Made by a program: the position numbers and the translations under genes
The notes under the pieces: model-generated
What the model was told of the DNA's origin: nothing
Database searches by the model: none
Seen by the model: only the letters and a program-made list of their open reading frames with translations
NCBI GenBank assembly: GCA_037447115.1
Contig: JBBIHH010000008.1
Span: 34,225-98,224 of the forward strand
Origin: Acidobacteriota bacterium
GTDB taxonomy: Bacteria > Acidobacteriota > Polarisedimenticolia > Polarisedimenticolales > JBBIHH01
Direction: 5' to 3'
Length of the DNA stretch: 64,000 nt
Part shown: in pieces, positions 1-8,531 of the stretch
Numbering within the stretch: the stretch's first letter is position 1
How the letters are laid out: each line of letters begins with the position of its first letter

Positions 1-626
1 TCGATCATCTGGTGGGAGATGTCCATCAGCCACTGCACGTGGGCTTCGCGGAAGATCGCGGAGGGAACGGAACGCTCGTGCGCCTGCGGGGTTTCGAGCG
101 CCTCGTGGGCGACGGCCCGGTCTCGCTCCACGACCTGTGGGACACGGGGTTGCTCGAAATCGGAGGGATGGGGCGGGGCCGCTGGCGAAGCGCGGCGCTG
201 CGCCTGCACGCCGCGCTGGGCCGGGAAGAGCGGGCGGCCGGGGCGACTTTCGACCCGCTCGTGTGGGCCGAGGAGTCCCATCGGCTCGTCCGCGAACAGG
301 TCTACGCCGGCACCGAGCTCCAGGCGACCTACGTGGAGGCGAGTCTGGCGGTCGTGCGCCGCCGCTTGCAAGAGGGCGGGGTACGGCTCGCCCGCCTGCT
401 CGATGCGATCATGCGCGGCGAGGCCCCGTTCTTCGTCGAGGACCGCCGCTCGGGCACGGTCCACCATCCCGCGTGCCTCGCCCTGGACGCCGTGCCGCCG
501 GGCGCGATGCGCGTGGTGAGCGCGCGGCCTGCCGCGCCGCCCCTGCACGAGGGCTGCCCGCGGTCGGCCGGACGGGCTAGCGTCCCTGCAGCAGTCCCCA
601 GGCCAGCGCCCCCCACCCGGCGATGA
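1..626 (+). CDS. S1/P1 nuclease family protein (5' end outside window) with short His/Cys C-terminal extension
   Basis: Frame open from window edge; HLVGDVHQPLH, DRGGN and LHDLWD zinc-binding motifs of S1/P1 nucleases; C-terminal helix RLQEGGVRLARLLD. Confidence 0.9.
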   Translation, partial: DHLVGDVHQPLHVGFAEDRGGNGTLVRLRGFERLVGDGPVSLHDLWDTGLLEIGGMGRGRWRSAALRLHAALGREERAAGATFDPLVWAEESHRLVREQVYAGTELQATYVEASLAVVRRRLQEGGVRLARLLDAIMRGEAPFFVEDRRSGTVHHPACLALDAVPPGAMRVVSARPAAPPLHEGCPRSAGRASVPAAVPRPAPPTRR

Positions 627-978
627 AGGCCAGTCCACCGAGAGGCGTCACCGCTCCCAGCCAGCGCGCCCCGGTGAGGACCATCAGGTAGAGACTGCCC
701 GAGAAGACGAGGATCCCCGCGACGAACAGCCAGCCCGCCGCCGCGGCCCAGGCCCCCGGCCACCGCGCGGCGACGAGCCCTGTCAAGATCAAGGCCAGCG
801 CATGGTAGAGCTGATAGCGCACTGCGGTTTCGAACACGGCGAGCCATTCGGGCGAGAGGCGAGTCTTGAGTGCGTGGGCTGCAAAAGCGCCGAGGCCGAC
901 CCCCAGGCCCCCGGCCACCGCCCCTGCGGCCATCGCCAGGCGCGGGCTCACGATCTCGCGTCCCGCGGCCGTGCGCAC
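577..978 (-). CDS. DUF423 (YgdD/TMEM256-like) membrane protein
   Basis: GAFAAHAL, FETAVRYQLYHALAL, FSGSLY and GAVTPLGG motifs; start is GTG 978 (GGAGG upstream) or GTG 951. Confidence 0.9.
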   Translation of the reverse strand: MRTAAGREIVSPRLAMAAGAVAGGLGVGLGAFAAHALKTRLSPEWLAVFETAVRYQLYHALALILTGLVAARWPGAWAAAAGWLFVAGILVFSGSLYLMVLTGARWLGAVTPLGGLAFIAGWGALAWGLLQGR

Positions 979-1211
979 GTCACGGGTTTCCTCCCTCCAG
1001 CTTTCCGAGTCTACAACGGCTCGCCGATCCCCCGCCTGCAGGCCCGTCTCGAGCGTGTGCCGCCCGTCCCCTGGAGTTCCGTCGCGACCGTCGGCGGAAT
1101 CCGGTTTTTCCGTGCTAGACTGGCTCGGCCGGCACGGCGACCTATATTGGCGACGGAACCCTTCGCCCCGACCCGGCGGCATCCGGGCGGGCCGACCAAG
1201 GAGGTCTTGGT

Positions 1212-1709
1212 ATGTGGACTCGCAAGGACTCGGAGATCCCGACCGGCAGCCCGAACCCCCCGGAGCCTTCCTTCCGGAGCCCGGCCGCCGAGCCTGCTCC
1301 CCCAGCTCGCCCCGGGGAGCGCGCCAACATCGGACGCAGCATCTGCATCCGCGGAGAGCTCACGGGCAACGAAGACCTGACCATCGAGGGCAAGATCGAG
1401 GGCAAGGTCAACCTCCAGGAGCACCACCTCACGATCGGCAACGCCGGCCGCATCCAGGCGGAGGTCCGTGCCCGCTCGGTCACCGTCCGCGGCGAGGTCG
1501 TGGGCAACATCCACGCCACCGAGAAGATCGAGATCGCCAATTCCGGCCGAGTGACGGGCGATCTGTGCGCGCCCCGCGTCGTCATCGCCGAGGGAGCCTT
1601 CTTCAAGGGCACGGTGGACATGCCGGGCGAGAGCACCCGCGGCGCGGCGAAGGAAGCTCTGGCGAGCGCGCCTCCCGCCAAGGAAATCAAGAAAGCGGCG
1701 ACGGCTTAG
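1212..1709 (+). CDS. Bactofilin (polymer-forming cytoskeletal protein)
   Basis: IGRSICIRGEL..EDLTIEGKIEG..V.GEVVGNI..GAFFKG beta-helix repeats; AAGGAGG RBS upstream. Confidence 0.93.
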   Translation: MWTRKDSEIPTGSPNPPEPSFRSPAAEPAPPARPGERANIGRSICIRGELTGNEDLTIEGKIEGKVNLQEHHLTIGNAGRIQAEVRARSVTVRGEVVGNIHATEKIEIANSGRVTGDLCAPRVVIAEGAFFKGTVDMPGESTRGAAKEALASAPPAKEIKKAATA

Positions 1710-1800
1710 TCCGCCCGCTCGCCCAACGGCCCGGGCGGACAACCCACATCGAGTGCGGCGGCATCGCCCGCCGCCGCGCGCCGTTGTGGCCGGCATTCGC

Positions 1801-2427
1801 TCAGGGGCGCGCGCGGCTGCGCTCCCAGCGCGCGAGCCAAAGCTCCACGGCCTCGACGCCGAACGCTGCACCGTCGCCGAGGACGATCCCGAGCCACGTG
1901 TTCCGCCACAGCGACGCGACTCCACTGCCCGTCGATGCCGCGGCGAGCGACGCCAGCGGCGTCGCGGCGGCGTAGAGACCGCCCACGAGCGGACCGATCA
2001 CGAGGAACTTGCCGAAGACCAACCCCGCACGCGCCAGCCGGTCGTAGACCAGCCCGACGAGGTACAGGCCCAACCCGATGGCCACGCTCCAGGCCGCCAC
2101 GGCCAGCGCCCCGGCGGCACCGCGGCCCAGGTTGGCTCCGGTATGCAACGAGGCGAAGACGACCACGAGCCACACCGCGGGGGCGTGGCGCTCCAGGCGC
2201 ACGGCGGCCCAGATCGCCGACGCCAGAGCACCGACGAGCACGCACTGCGACGCCGGGTGGCTGAAGCGGAGCACGAGAAAACCGAAGGCCAGGTAACCCG
2301 CCACGCCGCCCCCGAGCGTGCCCACCACGACGCGTGCGGCACCGCCCAGGAGGAGCGGCATCCGGGCCGGCCGAGCCGCTCCGGGGGCGTGCTCCGTCAC
2401 CGGGCCGGGGGACGACGGCCCGCTCAT
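1801..2427 (-). CDS. Hypothetical multi-pass membrane protein, probably co-transcribed with the ClpX-like gene
   Basis: About six hydrophobic segments; ATG lies 5 nt after the stop of the upstream ATPase gene. Confidence 0.7.
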   Translation of the reverse strand: MSGPSSPGPVTEHAPGAARPARMPLLLGGAARVVVGTLGGGVAGYLAFGFLVLRFSHPASQCVLVGALASAIWAAVRLERHAPAVWLVVVFASLHTGANLGRGAAGALAVAAWSVAIGLGLYLVGLVYDRLARAGLVFGKFLVIGPLVGGLYAAATPLASLAAASTGSGVASLWRNTWLGIVLGDGAAFGVEAVELWLARWERSRARP

Positions 2428-2432
2428 GGGGG

Positions 2433-3575
2433 TCAGGGTGGCGCGGCCCGCAGGCCCTGACCGACGAGGTCCTCGTCCACCACGAGGCGGTGCCCCTCGC
2501 TCGTTTTCTGCAACCGCTGGTGGGCGAAGGGATCGAACTCGAAGGGCTTGATCACCCGCCCCCAGACGGCTTTGAGCGCTCGGGCGCCGATGCGGGTGTG
2601 CTTGGCCGCCTCGTCGGCGATCCTGCGCACCGCCACGGGCGTGACCTCGAGGGCGATGCCGTAACGGCGGAAAAAGCTCTGTGACGCGCGCAACAAGCTG
2701 TCCTCGGCTTCGGTGAAGATCCTCGCCAGCAGATCCGCATCCAGATCCTGCAGGATGATGGCGTGATCGAAGCGCGAGAGAAACTGCGGCTGCATGCCGT
2801 AGTCGAAAAGGTCTTCCATGCGGAAGTGGTCCCGCAGATGGAAGACTTCTCGGATGTGTACCTCGCCGTTGTCGTAGACGATGGTCTCGGTCGGGAGCTT
2901 GACCCGGCTCGTGGGAGAAGTGACGCGCCGAAAAACCTGGTCGTACAGCGTCTCGAACGCGCCGGCCGCGAGGAACAGCATCTTGCCCGTGTCGATGGTC
3001 ACGCCCTTGCGCACCGGCGTCTTGCCTTGTGTCGCCGTGATCTCCCAGACGACGCGCTCGCCCTCGATCAGCGTGAGCAGTGCTTGCTGGATGTTGAGCC
3101 CGGTCACGTAAGGCCTGCCCCCGACGATGCCCGAGACCTTGTCGATCTCGTCGAGACACACCGTCGCGTGTTCCATGTAGCGGCCGATCTCCTCCGGATC
3201 GGCATCGGGGCCCAGGATCTGGCGCGCCCGCTCCTCGAGCCGCCGGAAGAGCCGGCTCGTGTCCACCACGCCCTCTTCGGTGGCGAGCGTGTTGGCGTTC
3301 ATGATCACCACCACGCGATACTGCTGGAACTCTTCCTGCTGCTGGTAGAGACGCTCCACGGCCCGCATGATCGTGGTCTTGCCGGTTCCGGAGTTGCCGA
3401 TCATCAGCAGGTTGCCGTAGGGTTCGCCCTCGAGATGCTTGAACACCGCCACCGACACGAAACGCAGCGTCTCCTCCTGGCCGAGGACGTAGCGCCGGAG
3501 AAACTCGTAAATTTCCGGCGGGCGCATCGTCGCCCCGCCGGTGGCGGGGGCGCGGCGGACGCTGTCCTGGGGCAT
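2433..3575 (-). CDS. ClpX-like AAA+ ATPase (atypical, no zinc-binding domain)
   Basis: YVLGQEE, Walker A GNSGTGKT, Walker B CLDEIDK, IQQALL, IDTGKMLFLAAGAF, sensor II GARAL. Confidence 0.88.
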   Translation of the reverse strand: MPQDSVRRAPATGGATMRPPEIYEFLRRYVLGQEETLRFVSVAVFKHLEGEPYGNLLMIGNSGTGKTTIMRAVERLYQQQEEFQQYRVVVIMNANTLATEEGVVDTSRLFRRLEERARQILGPDADPEEIGRYMEHATVCLDEIDKVSGIVGGRPYVTGLNIQQALLTLIEGERVVWEITATQGKTPVRKGVTIDTGKMLFLAAGAFETLYDQVFRRVTSPTSRVKLPTETIVYDNGEVHIREVFHLRDHFRMEDLFDYGMQPQFLSRFDHAIILQDLDADLLARIFTEAEDSLLRASQSFFRRYGIALEVTPVAVRRIADEAAKHTRIGARALKAVWGRVIKPFEFDPFAHQRLQKTSEGHRLVVDEDLVGQGLRAAPP

Positions 3576-3581
3576 GGGACG

Positions 3582-3587
3582 ATTATA
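3582..3587 (-). promoter_or_regulatory. Perfect -10 hexamer (TATAAT) 6 nt upstream of the ClpX-like ATG
   Basis: Minus strand reads TATAAT-cgtccc-ATG; such an AT-rich hexamer is rare in this background. Confidence 0.55.
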
Positions 3588-3915
3588 GGTGCCTCGGGCT
3601 GCACCTTCCAGGGACGAGGCCGCGCGCCCCGGCACCCTGCCATCCGCGGACGCCGGCGCGACCCAGCAGTTCCACACTGCTCGGCGCATGCGGGAACCGC
3701 GCCCCGCCCCTGCGGTGGTGGCGCCTTTGCCTCGCGGTGGTCGCGTTCTCGGGGGATACTCGGGCAGGGCTTGCTGCGGGGAGCGTTTTCACGGCGGCGC
3801 TCCGCGCGGGCGGGGATGGGTTAGTCTGGGCCTGCATGCCCCCACGCGGGCCGAGGACGCAACCGCTCTGGCGCCGCGCGCCCGGCGGCTCGCGCGGGGC
3901 TTCTGGAGGGAAGCC

Positions 3916-4737
3916 ATGCAAGAGAAGGCGGCCTGGTTTGCACTGGCCTCGGGGATCGCGGTGCTCGCGCTCGCCTGCGGCGGTTCTCGCGAACTCGCGC
4001 CTGGGGGGAGCCCGCCTCCCGCAGGGCCGGGGGGACCCAATCCGGACTCGGAGACCCGAGCGATCGAAATCGCGCGGGCCACGATCGAGCGCATGGGAGG
4101 CTGGCGAGCCTGGGAGGAGACCCGCTACTTGAGCTGGAGCTTTTTCGGGCGGCGCGAGCACTACTGGGATCGCCACACCGGACGCGTGCGGATCGAGGGG
4201 CCCGTCGGCGACGAGCGCCGGCTGTGGCTGATGAACGTGGAGACGCTGGCAGGACGCGCCTGGCGAAACGGCGAAGAAATCACCGACCCCGAGGCCTTGC
4301 GCGAAGCGCTGCAACTCGGCCGCCAGGTGTGGGTCAACGACAGCTACTGGCTGATCATGCCCTTCAAGCTCCTCGACCCGGGCGTGACGCTGAAGTACGG
4401 GGGCGAGCGCGCGCTCCCCGACGGGCGCGCCGCGGACGTGCTGGATCTGAGGTTCTCCCCCGGCGTGGGCTACACCCCGGAGAACCGCTACGAGGTCTAC
4501 GTCGCGCGCGACACGGGTCTCGTGGAGCAGTGGTCGTTTTACCGGCAGGCCTCGGAGACCGAACCGGTCTTCACGTTGCCTTGGGCAGGTTGGCGCCCCT
4601 TCGGGCGCATCTGGATCGCTACGGATCACGGTCGGGGCGCCGAGTGGAACGTGCGGGTCTACGAGACGCTGCCGGAGGCGCCTTTCGAGGACCCCTCCTG
4701 GAAGCCCGAGGAGGCTCCCGGCGCTGCGCCCGCCTGA
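3916..4737 (+). CDS. Lipoprotein, DUF6503-like
   Basis: GGAGG RBS; lipobox [31 protein letters not shown] and [10 protein letters not shown] segments. Confidence 0.75.
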   Translation: MQEKAAWFALASGIAVLALACGGSRELAPGGSPPPAGPGGPNPDSETRAIEIARATIERMGGWRAWEETRYLSWSFFGRREHYWDRHTGRVRIEGPVGDERRLWLMNVETLAGRAWRNGEEITDPEALREALQLGRQVWVNDSYWLIMPFKLLDPGVTLKYGGERALPDGRAADVLDLRFSPGVGYTPENRYEVYVARDTGLVEQWSFYRQASETEPVFTLPWAGWRPFGRIWIATDHGRGAEWNVRVYETLPEAPFEDPSWKPEEAPGAAPA

Positions 4738-5207
4738 GCCGCCTCGAAATCCAGCAGCCAGCGCTTGATCCACAACCCCCCGCCGTAGCCGGTCAAGCTG
4801 CCGTCGCGGCCCACGACCCGGTGGCAGGGAACGATGATCGCGATCGGGTTCGCGTGATTGGCCGCGCCCACGGCCCGCGCCGCCCCCGGGCGGCCGATGC
4901 GGCGGGCGAGTTCGCCGTAGCTCCAGGTACAACCGTAGGGGATGGAGCGCAGCGCCGACCACACCCGACGCTGGAAGGCCGTCCCCTCAGGGGCAAGGGG
5001 CAAATCGAACGCACGCCCCGTCCCGGCGAAGTATTCCCGCAGCTGGCGCTCCGCTTCGGCCAGCGCGGGGTGTCGGCCGCCGTCCTCTCGCGCGCCCTCG
5101 GGAAGCGCCCCTGCCCGATGCTCGAAGGAGACTTCCTTGAGTCCCTCGGCGCCGGCGAGGAGTCGGAGGCCCCCGAGGGGGCTCGAGATCCAGCGGTAAT
5201 GCAGCAT
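4659..5207 (-). CDS. ogt: Methylated-DNA--protein-cysteine methyltransferase
   Basis: [17 protein letters not shown], active site PCHRV, LTGYGGG. Confidence 0.95.
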   Translation of the reverse strand: MLHYRWISSPLGGLRLLAGAEGLKEVSFEHRAGALPEGAREDGGRHPALAEAERQLREYFAGTGRAFDLPLAPEGTAFQRRVWSALRSIPYGCTWSYGELARRIGRPGAARAVGAANHANPIAIIVPCHRVVGRDGSLTGYGGGLWIKRWLLDFEAAQAGAAPGASSGFQEGSSKGASGSVS

Positions 5208-5394
5208 CGGCGTCCCTCCAGGGCCCATCGTACCAGAGCCCCCGTGGGGCGCGCGCCCAGGTGTCGGACAATCGCCCGTTGCGACGCAAGCCGCTGCTGG
5301 GACCTCCAGAAAAAAGCCGGTGCAGCCGCTCGCGAACCGTCCGCGCTTCGGGCGCCGGATGGGCCCGGGCGATTCGAGCTACACTGCGGCTTCG

Positions 5395-6510
5395 ATGATC
5401 GTTCGGGATCCACTGGCGGTGCTCGCGGTTCTGGTGGGGCTCGTCGTGGCCTGCCACGCCCTGGAGCGCCGCTTCCCCTGGGCGCGGCGGATCGGTGCGT
5501 CGCTGCTGGTCATCGCCTCTGGCGCGCTGCTGTCCAATCTGGGCCTGGTTCCGCAGCGCTCCGCCGCCTACGAGGCCGTCGCCGGCCCCGTGACGTCGCT
5601 CGCCATCGTCTGGTTGCTGCTCGCGGTCGATCTGCGGGACCTCGCACGAGCGGGCGGGCGCATGCTGTCTGCATTCGCCATCGCCACGACGGGGACCCTC
5701 GCCGGTGCCTTCGTCGCGGCCCTGCTGTTCCGCAGCACTTTCGCGCAGGAAACCTGGAAGCTCGCGGGCGTGCTGACGGCCACGTACTCGGGCGGCAGTC
5801 TGAACTTCGTCGCGGTGGGCCGAGAGGTGGGCTTGACGGGCGCGCTGTTCGCGGCCACGGCCGCGTCGGACAACGTCCTGACGACGCTCTGGATGGGCTG
5901 GTGCCTCGCGGCGCCCCTGCTGTTCGCTGCCGGGGCCAAAGCCGCCGCGGACGAGAAGACGCCGCATCCATTGCAAGCGGACTTGCCGATGAGGGTACAC
6001 GACCTCGCGGTCCTGGTGTTGCTCGGTCTCGCCGTCGTGCAGGCCGGGAGGTGGCTGGCCGCGCGTTTTCCGGCGGTGCCGGAAGTGCTGTGGCTGACGA
6101 CGCTCGCCCTGGCCCTAGCCCAGCTTCCGGCGATGCGCCGGCAGCGGGGCGCGCTGCCTCTCGGCGTGCTCGCGCTCGATCTTTTTCTGGGCGTCATCGG
6201 CGTGCACTCCCGGTTCGGAGAGATCGCCGAGGTAGGACCGCGGGTGTTCTACATGACGGCGACGGTCGTAGCCGTCCATGGCGTTTGGTCGCTGGGCTGG
6301 GGCCGCCTGGCGCGACTGGAGCTGCCCGCGATCCTCGTCGCCTCCCAGGCGGCCATCGGCGGACCTTCGACGGCACTGGCGTTGGCCGTCGCGCGGGGCT
6401 GGCGCGATCTCTTGCTTCCGGGCGTGCTCGTCGGGCTTCTGGGCTATGCCCTCGGCAACTACGCCGGCCTCGCCGTGGCGGCGCTCGTCCGCCACTGGCT
6501 CCTCGATTAG
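5395..6510 (+). CDS. DUF819 family membrane protein
   Basis: About ten TM segments; ATYSGGSLNFVAV and VASQAAIGGPSTA motifs. Confidence 0.85.
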   Translation: MIVRDPLAVLAVLVGLVVACHALERRFPWARRIGASLLVIASGALLSNLGLVPQRSAAYEAVAGPVTSLAIVWLLLAVDLRDLARAGGRMLSAFAIATTGTLAGAFVAALLFRSTFAQETWKLAGVLTATYSGGSLNFVAVGREVGLTGALFAATAASDNVLTTLWMGWCLAAPLLFAAGAKAAADEKTPHPLQADLPMRVHDLAVLVLLGLAVVQAGRWLAARFPAVPEVLWLTTLALALAQLPAMRRQRGALPLGVLALDLFLGVIGVHSRFGEIAEVGPRVFYMTATVVAVHGVWSLGWGRLARLELPAILVASQAAIGGPSTALALAVARGWRDLLLPGVLVGLLGYALGNYAGLAVAALVRHWLLD

Positions 6511-6638
6511 GGCGAACGAACTGCTCCGCGCGCCCTGCGGAAGGCAGGACGCGCGCTCGCTCGCCCCGCCCTGGGGGCGGAGGCCCACAGGGGGGAGGGG
6601 AGCGCACGGTCCCCGAAAACACGAGCGCCGAGCCGTCT

Positions 6639-6668
6639 TTGACAAGACACCCGGGCCTCATTTAGGCT
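6639..6668 (+). promoter_or_regulatory. Putative sigma70 promoter of the rhomboid/SDH protease genes
   Basis: TTGACA (6639-6644), 18-nt spacer, TAGGCT (6663-6668). Confidence 0.5.
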
Positions 6669-6717
6669 TGCAGATCTCCCGCGCGGGCGACGGAGACGAA
6701 CGCCAGGACGGAGCGGC

Positions 6718-7443
6718 ATGATTCCCCTGCAGGACACGATTCCCTCTCGCCGCACACCGGTCGTGACCTACGGCCTCATCGCCGCGAACGGCGCGGTCTT
6801 CCTCCTCGAGCTAGCGCTGGCTCCCGCTCAACTCCAACGCCTCTTCTATTGCTTCGGGATCGTGCCGGCGCGCTACACCCATCCCGAGTGGGCCGTCTGG
6901 ATGGGGCTTCCGGTCGACGACTACTGGCCCTTCCTCACGAGCATGTTTCTCCACGGCGGGTGGGCGCACCTGATCGGCAACATGTGGACCCTCTGGATCT
7001 TCGGCGACAACGTGGAGGACCGCATGGGTCCGGCGGGCTTTCTCGCCTTCTATCTCGGGTGCGGCGTCTTCGCCGGCGTCATCCACGGCCTCGCCCACCC
7101 GGCGTCCACCATCCCCACCGTGGGTGCGTCGGGGGCGATTGCCGGTGTCATGGGGGCGTACTACGTCCTCCACCCGCGCTCGCAGTTGGTGATGTTTCTA
7201 CCGATCTTCTGCTACCCGTTTTTCTTCACCATCCCCGCGGTGCTCTACCTGGCGTACTGGTTCATGCTCCAGCTCTTCTCGGGGACCCTCGCCTTGGCCG
7301 CCCCGGGAGGTGTGGGCGGCGTCGCATGGTGGGCCCATATCGGGGGCTTTCTCGCGGGACTGGCTGTGGGGCGGATCCTCGGCCCGCCGCGCCGCTGGCG
7401 CGCGCCTGCCCACTACTGGCGGGATCGAACGCGCTATGTTTGA
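6718..7443 (+). CDS. Rhomboid family intramembrane serine protease
   Basis: SMFLHGGWAHLIGNM, FGDNVEDRMG, GASG (catalytic Ser), WWAHIGGF (catalytic His). Confidence 0.95.
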   Translation: MIPLQDTIPSRRTPVVTYGLIAANGAVFLLELALAPAQLQRLFYCFGIVPARYTHPEWAVWMGLPVDDYWPFLTSMFLHGGWAHLIGNMWTLWIFGDNVEDRMGPAGFLAFYLGCGVFAGVIHGLAHPASTIPTVGASGAIAGVMGAYYVLHPRSQLVMFLPIFCYPFFFTIPAVLYLAYWFMLQLFSGTLALAAPGGVGGVAWWAHIGGFLAGLAVGRILGPPRRWRAPAHYWRDRTRYV

Positions 7444-7494
7444 GGCCGCGCGCGGCATCGCGGGAGCCATGACCGGCGCGGCTTAGGGTGGACG

Positions 7495-8331
7495 ATGGGA
7501 CCGCTCGATCTGTTCTGGCTGTTCTTCATGTTCTCGGCGATCCAGCCGGTGATCCGGCAGAAGATGCTGGAGGCGACGCGGCAGCGCCTGCTCGCACGGA
7601 TCGAGAAGGAACGCGGCTCCCGAGTCATCCTGCTCGCGCACCGCCAGGAGACGATGAGCCTGCTCGGATTCCCCGTCTTCCGCTACATCGACATCAACGA
7701 CTCCGAAGAAGTCCTGCGCGCGATCCACATGACCGACCCCAAGATGCCCCTCGATCTGATCCTGCACACGCCGGGCGGTCTTGTGCTGGCGTCGCTTCAG
7801 ATCGCCCGCGCCGTGCGCCGTCACGAGGGCAAGGTCACCGTCTTCGTACCGCACTATGCCATGTCGGGCGGGACGCTCATCGCGCTGGCGGCGGACGAAA
7901 TCGTCATGTCCCCCGACGCGGTCCTGGGGCCCGTGGACCCTCAGCTCGGGCGCTACCCGGCGGCGTCGGTCCTGCGCGTGGTGCGCGAAAAACCCATCCA
8001 GCACGTGGACGACGAGACGCTGATTCTGGCCGACCTCGCCTACAAGGCGATCCAACAAGTCCAGGCCAGCCTGGAGGGGTTGCTCTCCGGGACTTACCCG
8101 CCCGCCAAAGCCGCCGAACTGGCGGCGGCGCTGTCCCAGGGCCGCTGGACCCACGACCACCCCATCACCGTGGAGGAAGCGCGCGAGCTGGGGCTCAACG
8201 TGTCGACCGACATGCCCGAAAGCGTGCTGGTTCTCATGAGCTACTTCCCTCAACCCGTGCGCCGGCAGTCCTCCGTCGAGTACGTGCCGGAGCCGCGCCG
8301 GGCCGCCGGGTCTCGATCTCAGCGGACGTAG
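7495..8331 (+). CDS. SDH family ClpP-fold serine proteinase
   Basis: LILHTPGG, PHYAMSGGTLIALAAD, LGPVDPQ, WTHDHPIT. Confidence 0.9.
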   Translation: MGPLDLFWLFFMFSAIQPVIRQKMLEATRQRLLARIEKERGSRVILLAHRQETMSLLGFPVFRYIDINDSEEVLRAIHMTDPKMPLDLILHTPGGLVLASLQIARAVRRHEGKVTVFVPHYAMSGGTLIALAADEIVMSPDAVLGPVDPQLGRYPAASVLRVVREKPIQHVDDETLILADLAYKAIQQVQASLEGLLSGTYPPAKAAELAAALSQGRWTHDHPITVEEARELGLNVSTDMPESVLVLMSYFPQPVRRQSSVEYVPEPRRAAGSRSQRT

Positions 8332-8531
8332 CCCCCGACTTCGCACCGCGCCCGCGTGTCGCGGCGGGCACGTGTTCCCGCGCGGCCGAGGCGCGTCGCG
8401 CCGGATCAGCGTTGCCTTCTTCAGAGCCCTTGCGACGCCTCGAGAAGCCACGGACCTTCTTGCAGCCGGGCCCAGCGCGCCCCATCCCTGTCCGTCGAGC
8501 GCGGGAGTCGCCCGGCCCGAACAGCGGGGGA

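Noticed and set aside
1709..1740. GTCCGCCCG/CGGGCGGAC hairpin after bactofilin
   Set aside because: No U-tract and a long loop; cannot be called a terminator with confidence
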